Under the pieces are notes generated by a model. It made no database searches and was not told the origin of the DNA. It was given only the letters and a program-made list of their open reading frames with translations. Below are positions 12,922 through 24,803 of a DNA stretch of 64,000 nt, piece by piece (the stretch's first letter is position 1; each line of letters opens with the position of its first letter). Position numbers and translations under genes: made by a program. The DNA is from Eledone cirrhosa (Eukaryota), in the NCBI GenBank assembly GCA_964016885.1, contig OZ024743.1:314154001-314218000 (forward strand). Reading direction: 5' to 3'.

Positions 12922-13099
12922 ATAAACTATCATCGATTTTGTTGTTGTTGCATATATGTCGGATCTGATGACGTGCGTCATTGCTGAAATGTTTATCGGA
13001 GCACTCTGAGCATTAACTTTGTGCGCAAATGGCTAAGAATTACACTGATATGTCTACGCTAAATGTAATCATCACGGAGATTAAGGTACAACTTATGTT

Positions 13100-13230
13100 C
13101 GCCTGCTGAGTGAACTGGAGCAACATCACTTAAAGTGACTTGCTCAAGGACACAATGCATAATCGGCAAACGAACACATGATCTTATAATTGAGAGCCCA
13201 GCACCCGTACCACCGAACTATGCACCTTAA
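13100..13230 (-). mobile_element. Second SINE family (5' part); diverged relatives at ~34690-34790 and ~2640-2725
   Basis: gctgagtgaactggagcaac...ttgctcaaggacacaa, i.e. TTGTGTCCTTGAGCAAG on the - strand downstream of a tRNA-like head. Confidence 0.55.
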
Positions 13231-14898
13231 CGATCATAGATTATAAGCTTTAGAAATGTGCAGCATTCATGCCACACATATATGTCCCCCATGAATTATA
13301 CATTAAAAGATACACATATAAATTACAAGCAGTGAGATATTTTTACGTTCCAGGATATCAATTTCCTATTAAGATTATTATAGTGTGAATGTTTAATAGA
13401 ACGAAACATAAATGTTGGGCATGTTTTAATCTCTAAAAACTGATATGAAAAGTTATCTCTCTGCAAAGAGATCGACAAATTTAGTTAATTATGTAATTCT
13501 CTGGCCGGACCTTTATACATAACTATTTAAAATTTCGGTTTTGTTTGGTATTTTGGTGTATTTCAATACATTTTTCATAGATAGCAATGAATTTATTGAG
13601 GGAGAATTAAAAGTATTTAGCAGATGTGTGTTTCGATAAAATGATTTGCTGAGTGTCTTTAATTTTTTTTTTTTTTTAGGCCAATCAGCGTTGTTTCTTC
13701 TAAATTTAGATTTTTCCATTACGATATCTTCCGCTACAAAAATATTGGTTGTTTTTAGTATTCAAATGTAAATTGACAGAATTAGAAAACGTCTCATTAA
13801 ATCTAAACTGGCAGTTTTCTATTCCCAAAGACTGATAGGCCGAACATATTTGTACTATCCTACTTCGATATTTCTTATCCATCATACTCTTGTTTTCTCT
13901 CTGCCTCTATCTCTATTTTCTTAGTTTCGTTTTCCTTAATACGGATGTGGAACCTATTACTCGACAACTAATTTACAATCGATGTACGTCAAGAAGATTT
14001 TAAGTTAAAGCTTCTATCATTATCTCAGCGAAGATTGGCGAGGATATTTTCCCCGAAGTATCAGAGAGCTCTTCTAGATATATATTATTTATTCAAGGAT
14101 TTCGTGCTAGCGGCATTTTTGACATGAGTTTCAAGATATTTCCGAGTTCAACTTTATTGTTTTTTTCTTTTTCGTTTTCGCCTCTCTGGGGCCAAGGAAA
14201 CAACTTCCACTGAAATGAATACTAACACCGTTGTCACTTCATAGAAACATGATGGAACATCGTCGTATATATATACATGCACCCCCCTCCCCACACACAT
14301 ACGCACCCCCCCTTTACACACACACACACACACATATATATACATATATATATATTTGTGTGTGTGTGTGTGTATGTATAATATGTAGATCATCGAATTG
14401 TGTCGGGGGGGGGGGGGGGGCAACCACACTGGAAAAAAGGTACTCAATACATTTGTAGAGTAGAGGAATCTTTAATATATATATGGAAATAACTTCTATA
14501 GGACTAGAAGTATTTCATTCGGATGAAATCATCAGAATGATGTAGAATTCATTTCTATATATATAATCAAGATATCTATACATAATATAAAAGAGAAATG
14601 TTCGTTGGTTGCCGCATTACACAAAAACGAAAACTTAATGGCATAGCATTACACCCAGCATTAAAAAAATAAAAATAAAAGAAGAAACATGTCCCGGGTG
14701 TGCTAACCAACATGACTGCTATTTCTAGCAGGTTGGATGACATATATAAGAGATTCACTCTGCGAATCCGTTGTCAGCGATGCTCGTGTTTCACGGCCAG
14801 CATCGCCATGGAATCGCTCGGTACACATACACCCATACACACAAACAAACACACACATACAAACACACGCACACATACATTTATATATAACTATCTAT

Positions 14899-15450
14899 AT
14901 CTATATATAATATAAAATATTGGAACTCGCATGATCCTGGACTAGCCATGTCTATGCTCTACATGTCAGGCGGACGATGAACCATCTCTTAAATGACACT
15001 ATTCTTAGAGGCAATCATCAAGCAGGAAGTGCATTTATGCCCAAAACACCTCTCATCCCTTTCTCTTCTCGAGATTTCAGGTTCCTATTAGAGCCAATGT
15101 TCCGATGACCATAAATAAAGCTTAGGGTTAGGGTTTCAAAGTTGTAGGATTGAATATGAGAGAATTGGCTTTACCATAGATAGCTATATTTAGGTTCTTC
15201 TCGAGTAGGGGCACATAAATTTTCATTTAATATGCACGAACGGTAAAACGAAAAATCTCGTGTATCTCGAAGATTTTTGACTGTTTTTTTTTGTTATACG
15301 AACCCCCCCCCCCACACACACACACAGCCACACGCACACCACAGATCCGCCTCATAGTGTAAACAAGACAACGCATCCATTACAGTCGTTTTCTCTTCTA
15401 CCGGTTTTCCTTTCTCTTTAATCGGGCGAAGCCGGGTACATCAGCGACTA
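14899..15450 (+). mobile_element. Non-autonomous Helitron remnant with decayed PIF1-like helicase C-terminus
   Basis: ~15030-15280 translates with stops and frameshifts to FMPKTPLIP..FQVPIRANVPMTINKA*G*GFKVVGL..SRVG..KTKNLVY, resembling the FAMTINKSQGQ helicase motif. 5' tctatatataatataaaa and 3' cgggcgaagccgggtac..cta resemble Helitron termini. Confidence 0.7.
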
Positions 15451-17410
15451 TATAAATATATAAATATGATAAGATTTGATATACATAATATATTCATACA
15501 AATAGTAATATAAATGCGTGTGCGTCTGTGATTCTCTTTACGTTTGTGTCTCTGTCTGTAAATCTGTCCTGTAATTTAACGTTTTCAACAAAATGAATCA
15601 GTAAAATTATCACCATATATGAAAACATACAAATGATACGGTCGAAATGATCATCTGATTCCTTTCAAGGCAATGTCACAGCATGGTCGCATTCTAATGA
15701 CCGAAACCATTAAACGACTATAAAGAAAGATTAGATACAAGTTGCAGTCTAGCCGAGAAAAAAAACAAGCGTTAAATATTAGTTTATAATTTATAAAGCT
15801 GAGATATGTTGGCTTTATGATAAAACAAAAAATTTTTTTTTTTTTTCCTGAAACACTTACAACCTTTTACGTAAAAGCTCCGCGACTAATTGATAAATCC
15901 TTGATAAAAGCTATAAACAAATTGTTTGACAGAGAAAATAACACAATACATGCAATCTAGTCCTCGATGATGTGAATATGGAATATAATTATTCTTTCAT
16001 TGAAGATGCTCATGTTGTAACAATTAGATAATTAATCTGATTACATGCTGCAGTATCAACTAATCGAACAATATTTTTGTCATGAGATAATTAATGGTTA
16101 ATCCATCCATTTTCAGGATCAGCCTTCAATTGTTCAACTAAGTAAATACCAACAAATGAAATTAACATGAAAAGAAATGAATATTCCATAGGCACGTGTA
16201 CTATAAAGCGAATCAGCGTAACGCAATATGTGAGGGGGCTGAACCTTTACTATGATTTTTGTTCATCTAGTTAAATGCATAACCCCAGAATGTCAGAATT
16301 CTGTGCTCTTATTTCTAATCCTGCATGGATTGAATTTGCTTTACATCATTTCAAGACGATAAGCCCAACAAGTACACCGTGTTAACTATTTCCTCTCTTA
16401 ATGAATCTCTTCCTCTTTCATTCAGTAACGTTGCGTTGCGAAGGATTGTAAGGGACCTCTTACAGCGTCCACAGTTTTAGAAACAAAGAATAGTTAAGCG
16501 AAGGCCTCAAAAAATCGTTTATGCAGCGTGAACCTTTTAAAGGGGGAAAACATGCAGTATAAGAAGGAAATGAAATAAACATATATGAATAATACATTTA
16601 AAGTATCTTGTATGCATTATATCTTAGTATGCATGCAAACATTTATTGTAATTAGTGTTTATACAAGCATTGTAATAGAACATTTCAGTGACTCAATCAA
16701 GCAAGTTATAACACACGTCTGACTTAATCCTGTTTAATTATGTTCTTAAATCCCTTCAGATGTTCACAATATTCAAATTTATTCTATTCATTCTCACAAA
16801 TATCACAGGAATCGGAGCTATATAATAACACACAGAAGTATTACGATCAGCAATATTTGTAAACCACAATGAATTATAAACGTGTAAATCTCAAACAGTA
16901 TCAAATACATTATTAATATTGTTCATGAAATAAATAGCATCCCCAAGTTTTTATTTGAAGATCTAATCTGAATTCGTCAGTAACAAATGGCGGTGTTCTA
17001 TTTCAATTCTTTTTATATTCCTGTGAATTTGCCAACGACCGGTAGCAGATGGCGTGTTTTAAATGTGGTGTGATTTTACATATATTTATTAACCAATATT
17101 TCTGCCAGAAATTCAAAGTAGTCTAAAGCCACATAAAACGTTTGTCATTTAGGGATTATTTCGTAGGAAATATTGAAAAATTTCCCACTTAATGTAAGAC
17201 TACAGAACTACATAAGAAGATCAAAAAGTATAATCGTATCAAAGCGGTTAAAAATGTTAGATCTTCAGATAAAGCTGAATGTGGCAGTAGATTTGGACAT
17301 TTAATCAACTTTGAATGGATATACAAATTCAATGGCAACAATATGAAACTTGTAAATAGTTCTAATCTCTCTCTCTCCCTCTCCCTCTCTCTGTCTGTCT
17401 GTCTCTCTCC

Positions 17411-17476
<66 letters not shown>

Positions 17477-17558
17477 GTGTGTGTATATATATATATTGTT
17501 ATACATTAGGAGGGTCATGCTGTCAATAAAACACTCGCAACTTTGGTTTTCACTTCAG

Positions 17559-17603
<45 letters not shown>
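17559..17603. repeat. (TTA)n microsatellite, 5' flank of the Tx1-like LINE
   Basis: Direct reading. Confidence 0.95.
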
Positions 17604-18059
17604 GGCGACCTACGTAGTAAATCGTATCATCGTGAGCTCCGCAAATGTTTGTTATTTTCAGTTGTTTAACATTGCCATTCATGGAAAATTTTTATTGTTA
17701 ACTGTATATAAGTGCACATACATTGTTATCTGAAAAGGACACCCAAAAAGATTGGGGCCTTGAGCCCAAAATTTAAACTTTTATAATTATCAAACAAAAG
17801 TTTTTCTTTGAAAAATCATGGCTGACTCAGAGTCACTCCTTTCTCACAAACTAACACCTCACACCGACACCACCATTGTAAATATTACTACGTTTGCCAA
17901 CACTAAAAATATAAGCAGTAGCAATATTTTTAATTTGTCTCAGGCAGACATTCATTTCCCGCCATTACCAATGACTGCAGGTGTTAGAGCCCCCCCCCCC
18001 CCCACCCCACCGCGACAACAGAAACAAAAGAAAAAAATAAATTAACTCGTTATATCGAA

Positions 18060-19742
18060 ATGAATTCAACCAAAATGAACCCTTCCACACCGAACACCAC
18101 TGACGCCACCACCACCACAACTGAAACTAAAATTAATAATAACAAAAATAACGATAACAACAACAGCAACAGTGACATTAAGAAAACCACCCTGAGTTTT
18201 GCCAGAGTAGCAAAAGAGTGCGAAGCATTTCAGGTAACTCAGGAGGAATTAGAAGAAGCCCAAAAAATGGTAAAGAAAGATGGGTACAGGGTCAGCCTCA
18301 CCCACCCCCACCTAATAAAATGGAGCATCGGCGCCTATGCACCGTGTGTTATCGAACAATTAATATAAAATCGCGCCGAGTGGAACGGGAATCCGAGTCC
18401 CAAATCCAAAAAGCTTTGGGACATGTGTGGGCAAAAAACGCCCCACATCAGACGTGGGCAGAAGTATGGAACCGTGGACGTGTTCTTTGAAACACCACAA
18501 GAGGCTAGAGAACACTCCATGGCCCCATTAAGAAGTGACGACTTCACACTCGTCCCAAGCTATTGTGGCCAGAGACTCGTAAAGGTCAGGGTCACCCACG
18601 TTCCACCGGCCATCGAAATTCCCTGGCTAATAGCTGCCGTCCTCGCCGGCATCGAAGCCAACACCAAGATAATCGAAATAGCGAAAGAAAAGCAGGAGAA
18701 CTGGTCTGGATCTGGGATGGAGCTCCTGATCCAAGCGGACCAAAACAGCATTGAAGAGATCCCAGAGGTAATAGACCTCACAGACGTCAGCCACCTCACC
18801 GTAATTGTCGAGGGCGAAGGCCTAGGTGTGTCGTTTGTGGTGAAGGAACCCACCTAAGGGCTTTCTCCCCTCAGGCTAAAAGGTTGAGGCCACCTCTCCT
18901 ACCCAACCCAGTGACTCAACCATCAACACCACCAGCAGCAGAGATGGCAGCAACAACTGTAGCAGCAACAACAGAAGCAACTGTAACAGCAACAACCCCA
19001 GTAATAGTATCAAAACCAACACCACCAACACCCAACGCGCCAGAACTAGCACAAGCGCCTACACCATCCACTAGGCCACAACCAAAACTAACGCCTGTGG
19101 AGGATTTTCCACTCCCCGGCCTATCACAACTGGAGACAGATTCTGCCGACGAGGAGTGGGAAAGGGTATCAGGGAAAAAGAAAAAAAGAAACCAAAAAAG
19201 AAAACATTCTCTTCCTTCCCCCTCCAATAACAAAATACAGAGGGAAACAAATAAACTATCAAACAAAAAAGTTAGGACAGATATGCCACCATCCACACCA
19301 GCATCACCAACTCCATCACCTCAAACACGAACACCATCACCATCATTAACCCCAACACCACCATCACATACACCACAAAAGTCACCAAAAAGCGAAACAG
19401 AAACAAACCCACAACAAACACAAACAAATCAAAACAACCAAAACGATACACACTATACAGCATTAAATTTGAACAACCAATTATTACACTACATCTAACA
19501 CAATACCAGCATCACAGAAAAAGACTACACAACAATCCAAAAGTTCACACCACCTCCACAAATACAAATCACTCGCATCACACAGAAAACGTACATGACA
19601 CTAAAATAAAAATTCCCCAAAGATATCAGAGACCTCCGACAAACACTCTCCAGGAGAATGTATATGGACATCCTTCCTGAGGAGGCCATAATCAGTGAAG
19701 TGGATGGAGAAACACTCCTTCCTCTACGAGAAGTCAGGTAAG
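18060..19742 (+). pseudogene. ORF1 (gag-like) of Tx1-like LINE, disrupted
   Basis: Fragments 18060-18368, 18423-18857 and 18884-19498. LSFARVAK motif, degenerate zinc knuckle CVVCGEGTHLRAFSP near 18826, Pro/Thr-rich tract and EWERVSGKKKKR. Confidence 0.7.
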
Positions 19743-19775
19743 TGGTCTTTCCCATGTTTTTCACTCCATTTCAAC

Positions 19776-22700
19776 ATGACCTCACTCAGAATAGGCAGCA
19801 TAAATGTGCGTGGCTTGGGGTCGTCATGGAAGCAGGGCCACCTACTCAACGACCTCAGGTCACTAAACATAGATGTAGTGGCCATCAGCGAGACCAGAAT
19901 CTCCGAAGCACGGGCCTTCGCACCGATCTTCGGCGGCTACGATGTGTACGCATCTCCCAGCCGTCCGGGATCGGGGGAGGAGTTGCTGTGCTTTTTCGGA
20001 GAGGTTTGGATCTCGCCATACGGGCCACCTTCCTGGACCCAGAAGGTAAGTTGGTTGTGCTGGACGTGACCAGCGGAGACGGGCAAGTTTTCAGGCTAGT
20101 GGCCGTCTGTGCCCCGACAGGAGCATGGCGGCCTGATTTCTTCCGGCGTCTGGAAACCTTTCTTGGAACGTCCCACTCTTTAGTGTTAGTGGGCGACTGG
20201 AACGGGATCTTCGATGCACGCTGGGACTGTGTGGGATTAGCGGATAGAGGAGGAAGGTGTAAGAGTCTCACCAACCTGCTCAGGCGTTTTGAACTGTCTG
20301 ACAGGTACCGATTGGATTTCCCGAATGTGCCAATGTGGACTTGGACAAATCGCATAGGGTCATCCAGGTCATATCTAGATAGAGTATTTTGTAGGGAAAT
20401 AGATAGGTCTAGCATAAGCTGTCCACAATTCTAGATAGTAAGCTACACGGACCACAATTTCGTTATCTGTGTGCTTGACTTAGATAGGCTTCATAGACGA
20501 GGACCCGGCTACTGGAAGCTAAACGCGTCCTTACCAGCTGTCAAGGCCTACAGAGACCGGATTGGCGAACTAGTTAAGCGGGCGTTGACGGGGGCCATCG
20601 TCAACATCAAGTGGTGGTTTGCTCTGAAAAGAGCAATTAGAATAGAGTCCATTAGGTTTAGTAAGGCTTTAGCAATAGAGAAAAATAGAGCAGAGGGAGA
20701 ATTAGTTAGAAAATTAGACGAGGCGCTTAGCAAAGGCATCGCGACTGACGTACTTACGGCGAAATTGACCCTTGACCAATTCTTCAATGCAAAGCACGAA
20801 GGTTGCGATTTCAGAGCTAGGGTGCGGCTCTCAGACACGAGGGGACGAAATCCGTTCAATGGGCCCGAGTGGCGGAGGCGCGTCTTGGCAACAAAGCCAC
20901 GATCCGCTCTTGGACCACGACGGGTGCATGCTACTCGATCCCGGGAAAATGTGTGAAGCTTTTCAGCGACACTTCACACAGCTGTTTGGGGGCAGCGGCG
21001 AGCCGGATCAAGAGATGGACTTTAGTGTCTACCTCGAAGGACTGCCGCGGCTCTCGGCCACTGAGGCGGAGTGTTGCGAAAAGCCGATAACAGCCGCTGA
21101 AGTACGGGAGGCAATGACTGGCTGCACAAGGGGTAAATCGCCTGGTTTGGATGGTCTGCCCTATGAACTTTACGTATAGATGCCAGACTTGTTCGGAGGC
21201 CTCTTGGCGGATGTCTACTGCAACTGGCAACAGAACGGGAGAATTCCCAGCTCTGTGAGTCGAGGAGCTGTGAGGCTGCTGAGAAAGGATCCGAACAAGG
21301 GGGATAACATAGATAATTTCAGGCCCATAACTCTGCTAAACACAGAGTTCAAGATTTTGGCCAAGGTGCTAGCAAAGAGGTTGGCGCTTGTCGTTGGTGG
21401 TCTGGTGGGAGAGGCGTGACATGCGCCATTCCCGACAGATCCATCCACGACAAACTCTACCTCATGCGATACATCGTAGAGAGTTTAGCTAGGGAATCTG
21501 GCACGGGTGGGTCTTTGATAAATTTAGATCAGTCGAAAGCCTTCGATAGGGTCGACCATCGTTACCTAGCGGCAGTCCTGAGGGCGGCTGGCTTTGGGCC
21601 CGTCTTCAGAGGCTGGATCGTTGTCATGCACAGCGACATCTGCTCTGTGGTGAGAGTGAACGGTCACCTTTCGGAACCGTTCAACATCATGCGCTCGGTC
21701 CGCCAAGGATGTCCCCTCTGGAACCTTTTGTACGTATTGACACTCGAGCCATTACCGCACAAACTGGAGACGTTGAGGGGGGGTCCCGCGCGAACTAGGA
21801 TACTGAAAATCCGTGTCAGCCTATGCGGACGATATCACCGTAGTGGTGTCGAACGCCAAACACATCGAGGCGCTCGGCACTACACTAAGAGAATACGAAG
21901 CGGTGACAGCAGCAATGATCAACCAGGAAAAGTCAGTGGGCCTGCAGCTCGGCACCTGGAGAGGCAGGTCCATGCCGTCCAACAGCGTCGTCGGGCGCTG
22001 GACGGACGGACCGGTTAAATTGCTAGGGGTCTGGTACGGTCCGGACCTCCAGACGGACAAAATCTGGGACGAGGTGACGAGCAGGGTGGCTTCTCTCACC
22101 CAGAAATGGGCCGAGAGGAAGCTATCCCTGAACGGTCGTGCGGAGGTGGCTACCGCGTACATCGCGTCCGTCAACTATTACCGCCTGACCGTCGTACCTT
22201 GTCCTAAGCCCCGCTTGACTGCGCTGGAGCGTTTGCTCTTTCGTTTTTGTGGAAGGGACGCGCTCCGATGGTCAGGCGGTCCATCTGCTGTCAACACCCG
22301 CTACGTGGAGGGCTGGGCATTCCATGGCTGATGATGCGCAGACACGCGCTCAGGCTACGACATCTCCACCTCTTCCTCGACGATGATCAGGTGTGGTCGC
22401 CGTTTGCTAGACATTTCTTTCCCCAGCTCGTCTCCTTGACAGAGCTGCAGTCCTGGGTCAAGCGAAGACCGAGAGGGCGATCACAGCCCTCGACAAATCG
22501 GGCAATGTGACCGGTGGAAACACAACCTTGGCGTTCTATAGAGGATTAGTGGAGGGGAAGAGCGACGACGTACTTGGAGAAACTCTAGGCGTCGACGAAA
22601 ATCAACTAGCCAATCTCTTCGGAAGGACTTTCGGGCCGGGGTCTATGGACAACTTCCAGAAATCTCTGGCCTGGCAGTGCTACCGGGGAGCTTTGCCAGT

Positions 22701-23160
22701 TCGGGATAAACTCTACAGGCATGGAGGTGCCGTCAGCTGAGCATGTCCGAGATGCGCGCAGGGCGACGAAACCGTCCTGCACGCACTCCTCTAGTGTCCG
22801 AGCATTGCTGACTTGTGGGTTCATGTCGAACACCTGCTGTCACGTGTAGGACGGATCCAGCTATCAGCTGAGTCCATCCTGAGAATTGCCCCGCCCTCTT
22901 CCTTTAGCCGGGAAGGGCAGGCAGTTTTTATCTGTCTGGTGGCCATGGCGAAAGAGATAGTATGGTGGACACGTTTGAAAGGGCTGAAGACGAGCACTTA
23001 CCTCTTCGGTGATGCCCTGATTAACTTTTTCAAATTTCATCTGAAAAGGAAAATCAGGGTAGAGAGGGAAGTGCTCTCTTCCCAGCATTTTGTTGAAAGA
23101 TGGGTGCGAGAAGCAAGAATGGCCCGAGGGAATGAGCCTTCTCTGAGTATGTGTCTGTAA
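19776..23160 (+). pseudogene. ORF2: APE endonuclease, reverse transcriptase and C-terminal zinc motif; multiple frameshifts and stops
   Basis: APE motifs SINVRG, VAISET, GDWN, YLDRV, TDH. GPGYWKLN. RT motifs KSPGLDG, FRPITLLN, LDQSKAFDRVDH, VRQGCPL, AYADD. CPRC..ETVLH. Confidence 0.95.
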
Positions 23161-23403
23161 ATTAAAGGTGGAAAACTGGGAGAGGGCACTTGCCCTGGTG
23201 GTCAGGGCCACTGTGGTCTTTTAATGTGCTTTCTCCACAAATGTCCCTCGGAAGTCTCCCCCCTATTGGGGAATTTTTCTTTGTTATTTTATTTCATCCT
23301 CTGTTTTTTTTACACGCAGAAATGCCCATTTGTACCGTCCTGTATTGTCCTGTACTGTCCTTAATGTCTACTTTATGTAAACCCTTGTGGTTAATAAAGA
23401 AAA

Positions 23404-23464
<61 letters not shown>

Positions 23465-24104
23465 ACGGTCCTGCACGCACTCGTCCAGTGTCCGAAAATT
23501 GCTGACTTGTGGGTTTATGTCGAACACCTGCTGTCGCGTGTAGGACGGATCCAGCTATCAGCTGAGTCCATTGTGAAGATTGCCCCGCCCTCTTTCTTTA
23601 GCCGGGAAGGGCAGGCAGTTTTTATCTGTCTGGTGGCCATGGCGAAAGAGATAGTATGGTGGACACGTTTGAAAGGGCTGAAGACGAGCACTTACCTCTT
23701 CGGTGATGCCCTGATTGACTTTTTCAAATTTCATTTGAAAAGAAAAATCAGAGTAGAGAGGGAAGTGCTCTCTTCCCAGCATTTTGTTGAAAGATGGGTG
23801 CGAGAAGCAAGAATGGCCCGAGGGAATGGGCCTACTCTGAGTATGTATCTGTAAATTAAAGGTGGAAAACTGGGAGAGGGCACTTGCCTTGGTGGTCAGG
23901 GTCACTGTGGCCTTTTACTGGGCTTTCTCCACAAATTTCCCTCCGAAGTCTCCCCCCTATTGGGGAATTTTTCATTGTTATTTTTTGTTACATCCACTGT
24001 TTTTGTTTTTTACACGGAGAAATGCCCATTTGTACCGTCCTGTATTATCCTGCACTGTCCTTAATGTCTACTTTATGTAAACTCTTGTGGTTAATAAAGA
24101 AATC
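23465..24104 (+). mobile_element. 5'-truncated second copy of the Tx1-like LINE
   Basis: Diverged duplicate of ~22772-23404. It begins right after the (TTA)n tail of the first copy and ends in AATAAA plus (TTA)n. Confidence 0.92.
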
Positions 24105-24123
24105 ATTATTATTATTATATTAC

Positions 24124-24329
24124 TACAGCTGCATTTATCTTGCTTTATGTTCATACGAGTTATCACCAAGTCACAACCAGTGACCTCAAGAGACAACAAG
24201 GTCCGCCATGTTCTAGAAAGAACATACATACTCACACATGCATCTTTAGGTGTTTAGACATGTGATGTACTTATATTGACAGAATCTTCCTTAGTATATG
24301 GGCAGTTCCCATTAGTACTATCTTTTGTA

Positions 24330-24366
<37 letters not shown>

Positions 24367-24803
24367 AGCTGCATTTATCTTACTTTATGTTCATACGAGT
24401 TATCACCAAGTCACAACCAGTGACCTCAAGAGACAACAAGGTCTGCCATGTTCTAGAAAGAACATACATACTCACACATGCATCTTTAGGTGTTTAGACA
24501 TGTGATGTACTTATATTGACAGAATCTTCCTTAGTATATGGGCAGTTCCCATTAGTACTATCTTTTGTATTTTTATTATTATTATTATTATTATTACAGC
24601 TGCATTTATCTTGCTTTATGTTCATACGAGTTATCACCAAGTCACAACCAGTGACCTCAAGAGACAACAAGGTCCGCCATGTTCAAGAAAGAACATACAT
24701 ATTCACACATGCATCTTTAGTGTTTAGACTTGTGATGTACTTATATTGACAGAATCTTCCTTAGTATATGGGCAGGTCCCATTAGTACTATCTTTTGTAT
24801 TTC
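24124..24803 (-). repeat. Three tandem copies of the 3' end (~210 bp plus TAA tail) of R4/Dong element 1
   Basis: Units ~24124-24333, ~24364-24573 and ~24596-24803, separated by (TTA)n. Each encodes the ORF terminus IQKIVLMG.AHILRKILSI*. Confidence 0.9.

Larger units (their letters stand above)
17604..23404 (+). mobile_element. Apparently full-length Tx1/L1-clade non-LTR retrotransposon, inactivated
   Basis: Two-ORF layout, AATAAA near 23393, and (TTA)n on both sides. Confidence 0.92.

Noticed and set aside
14495-14548. CTGATGA-tttcatccgaat-GAAA on the - strand
   Set aside because: A short helix II is possible, but helices I and III do not close.
15121-15136. Two TTAGGG telomeric units
   Set aside because: They fall within the decayed Helitron helicase motif (KSQGQ-like codons) and are coincidental.
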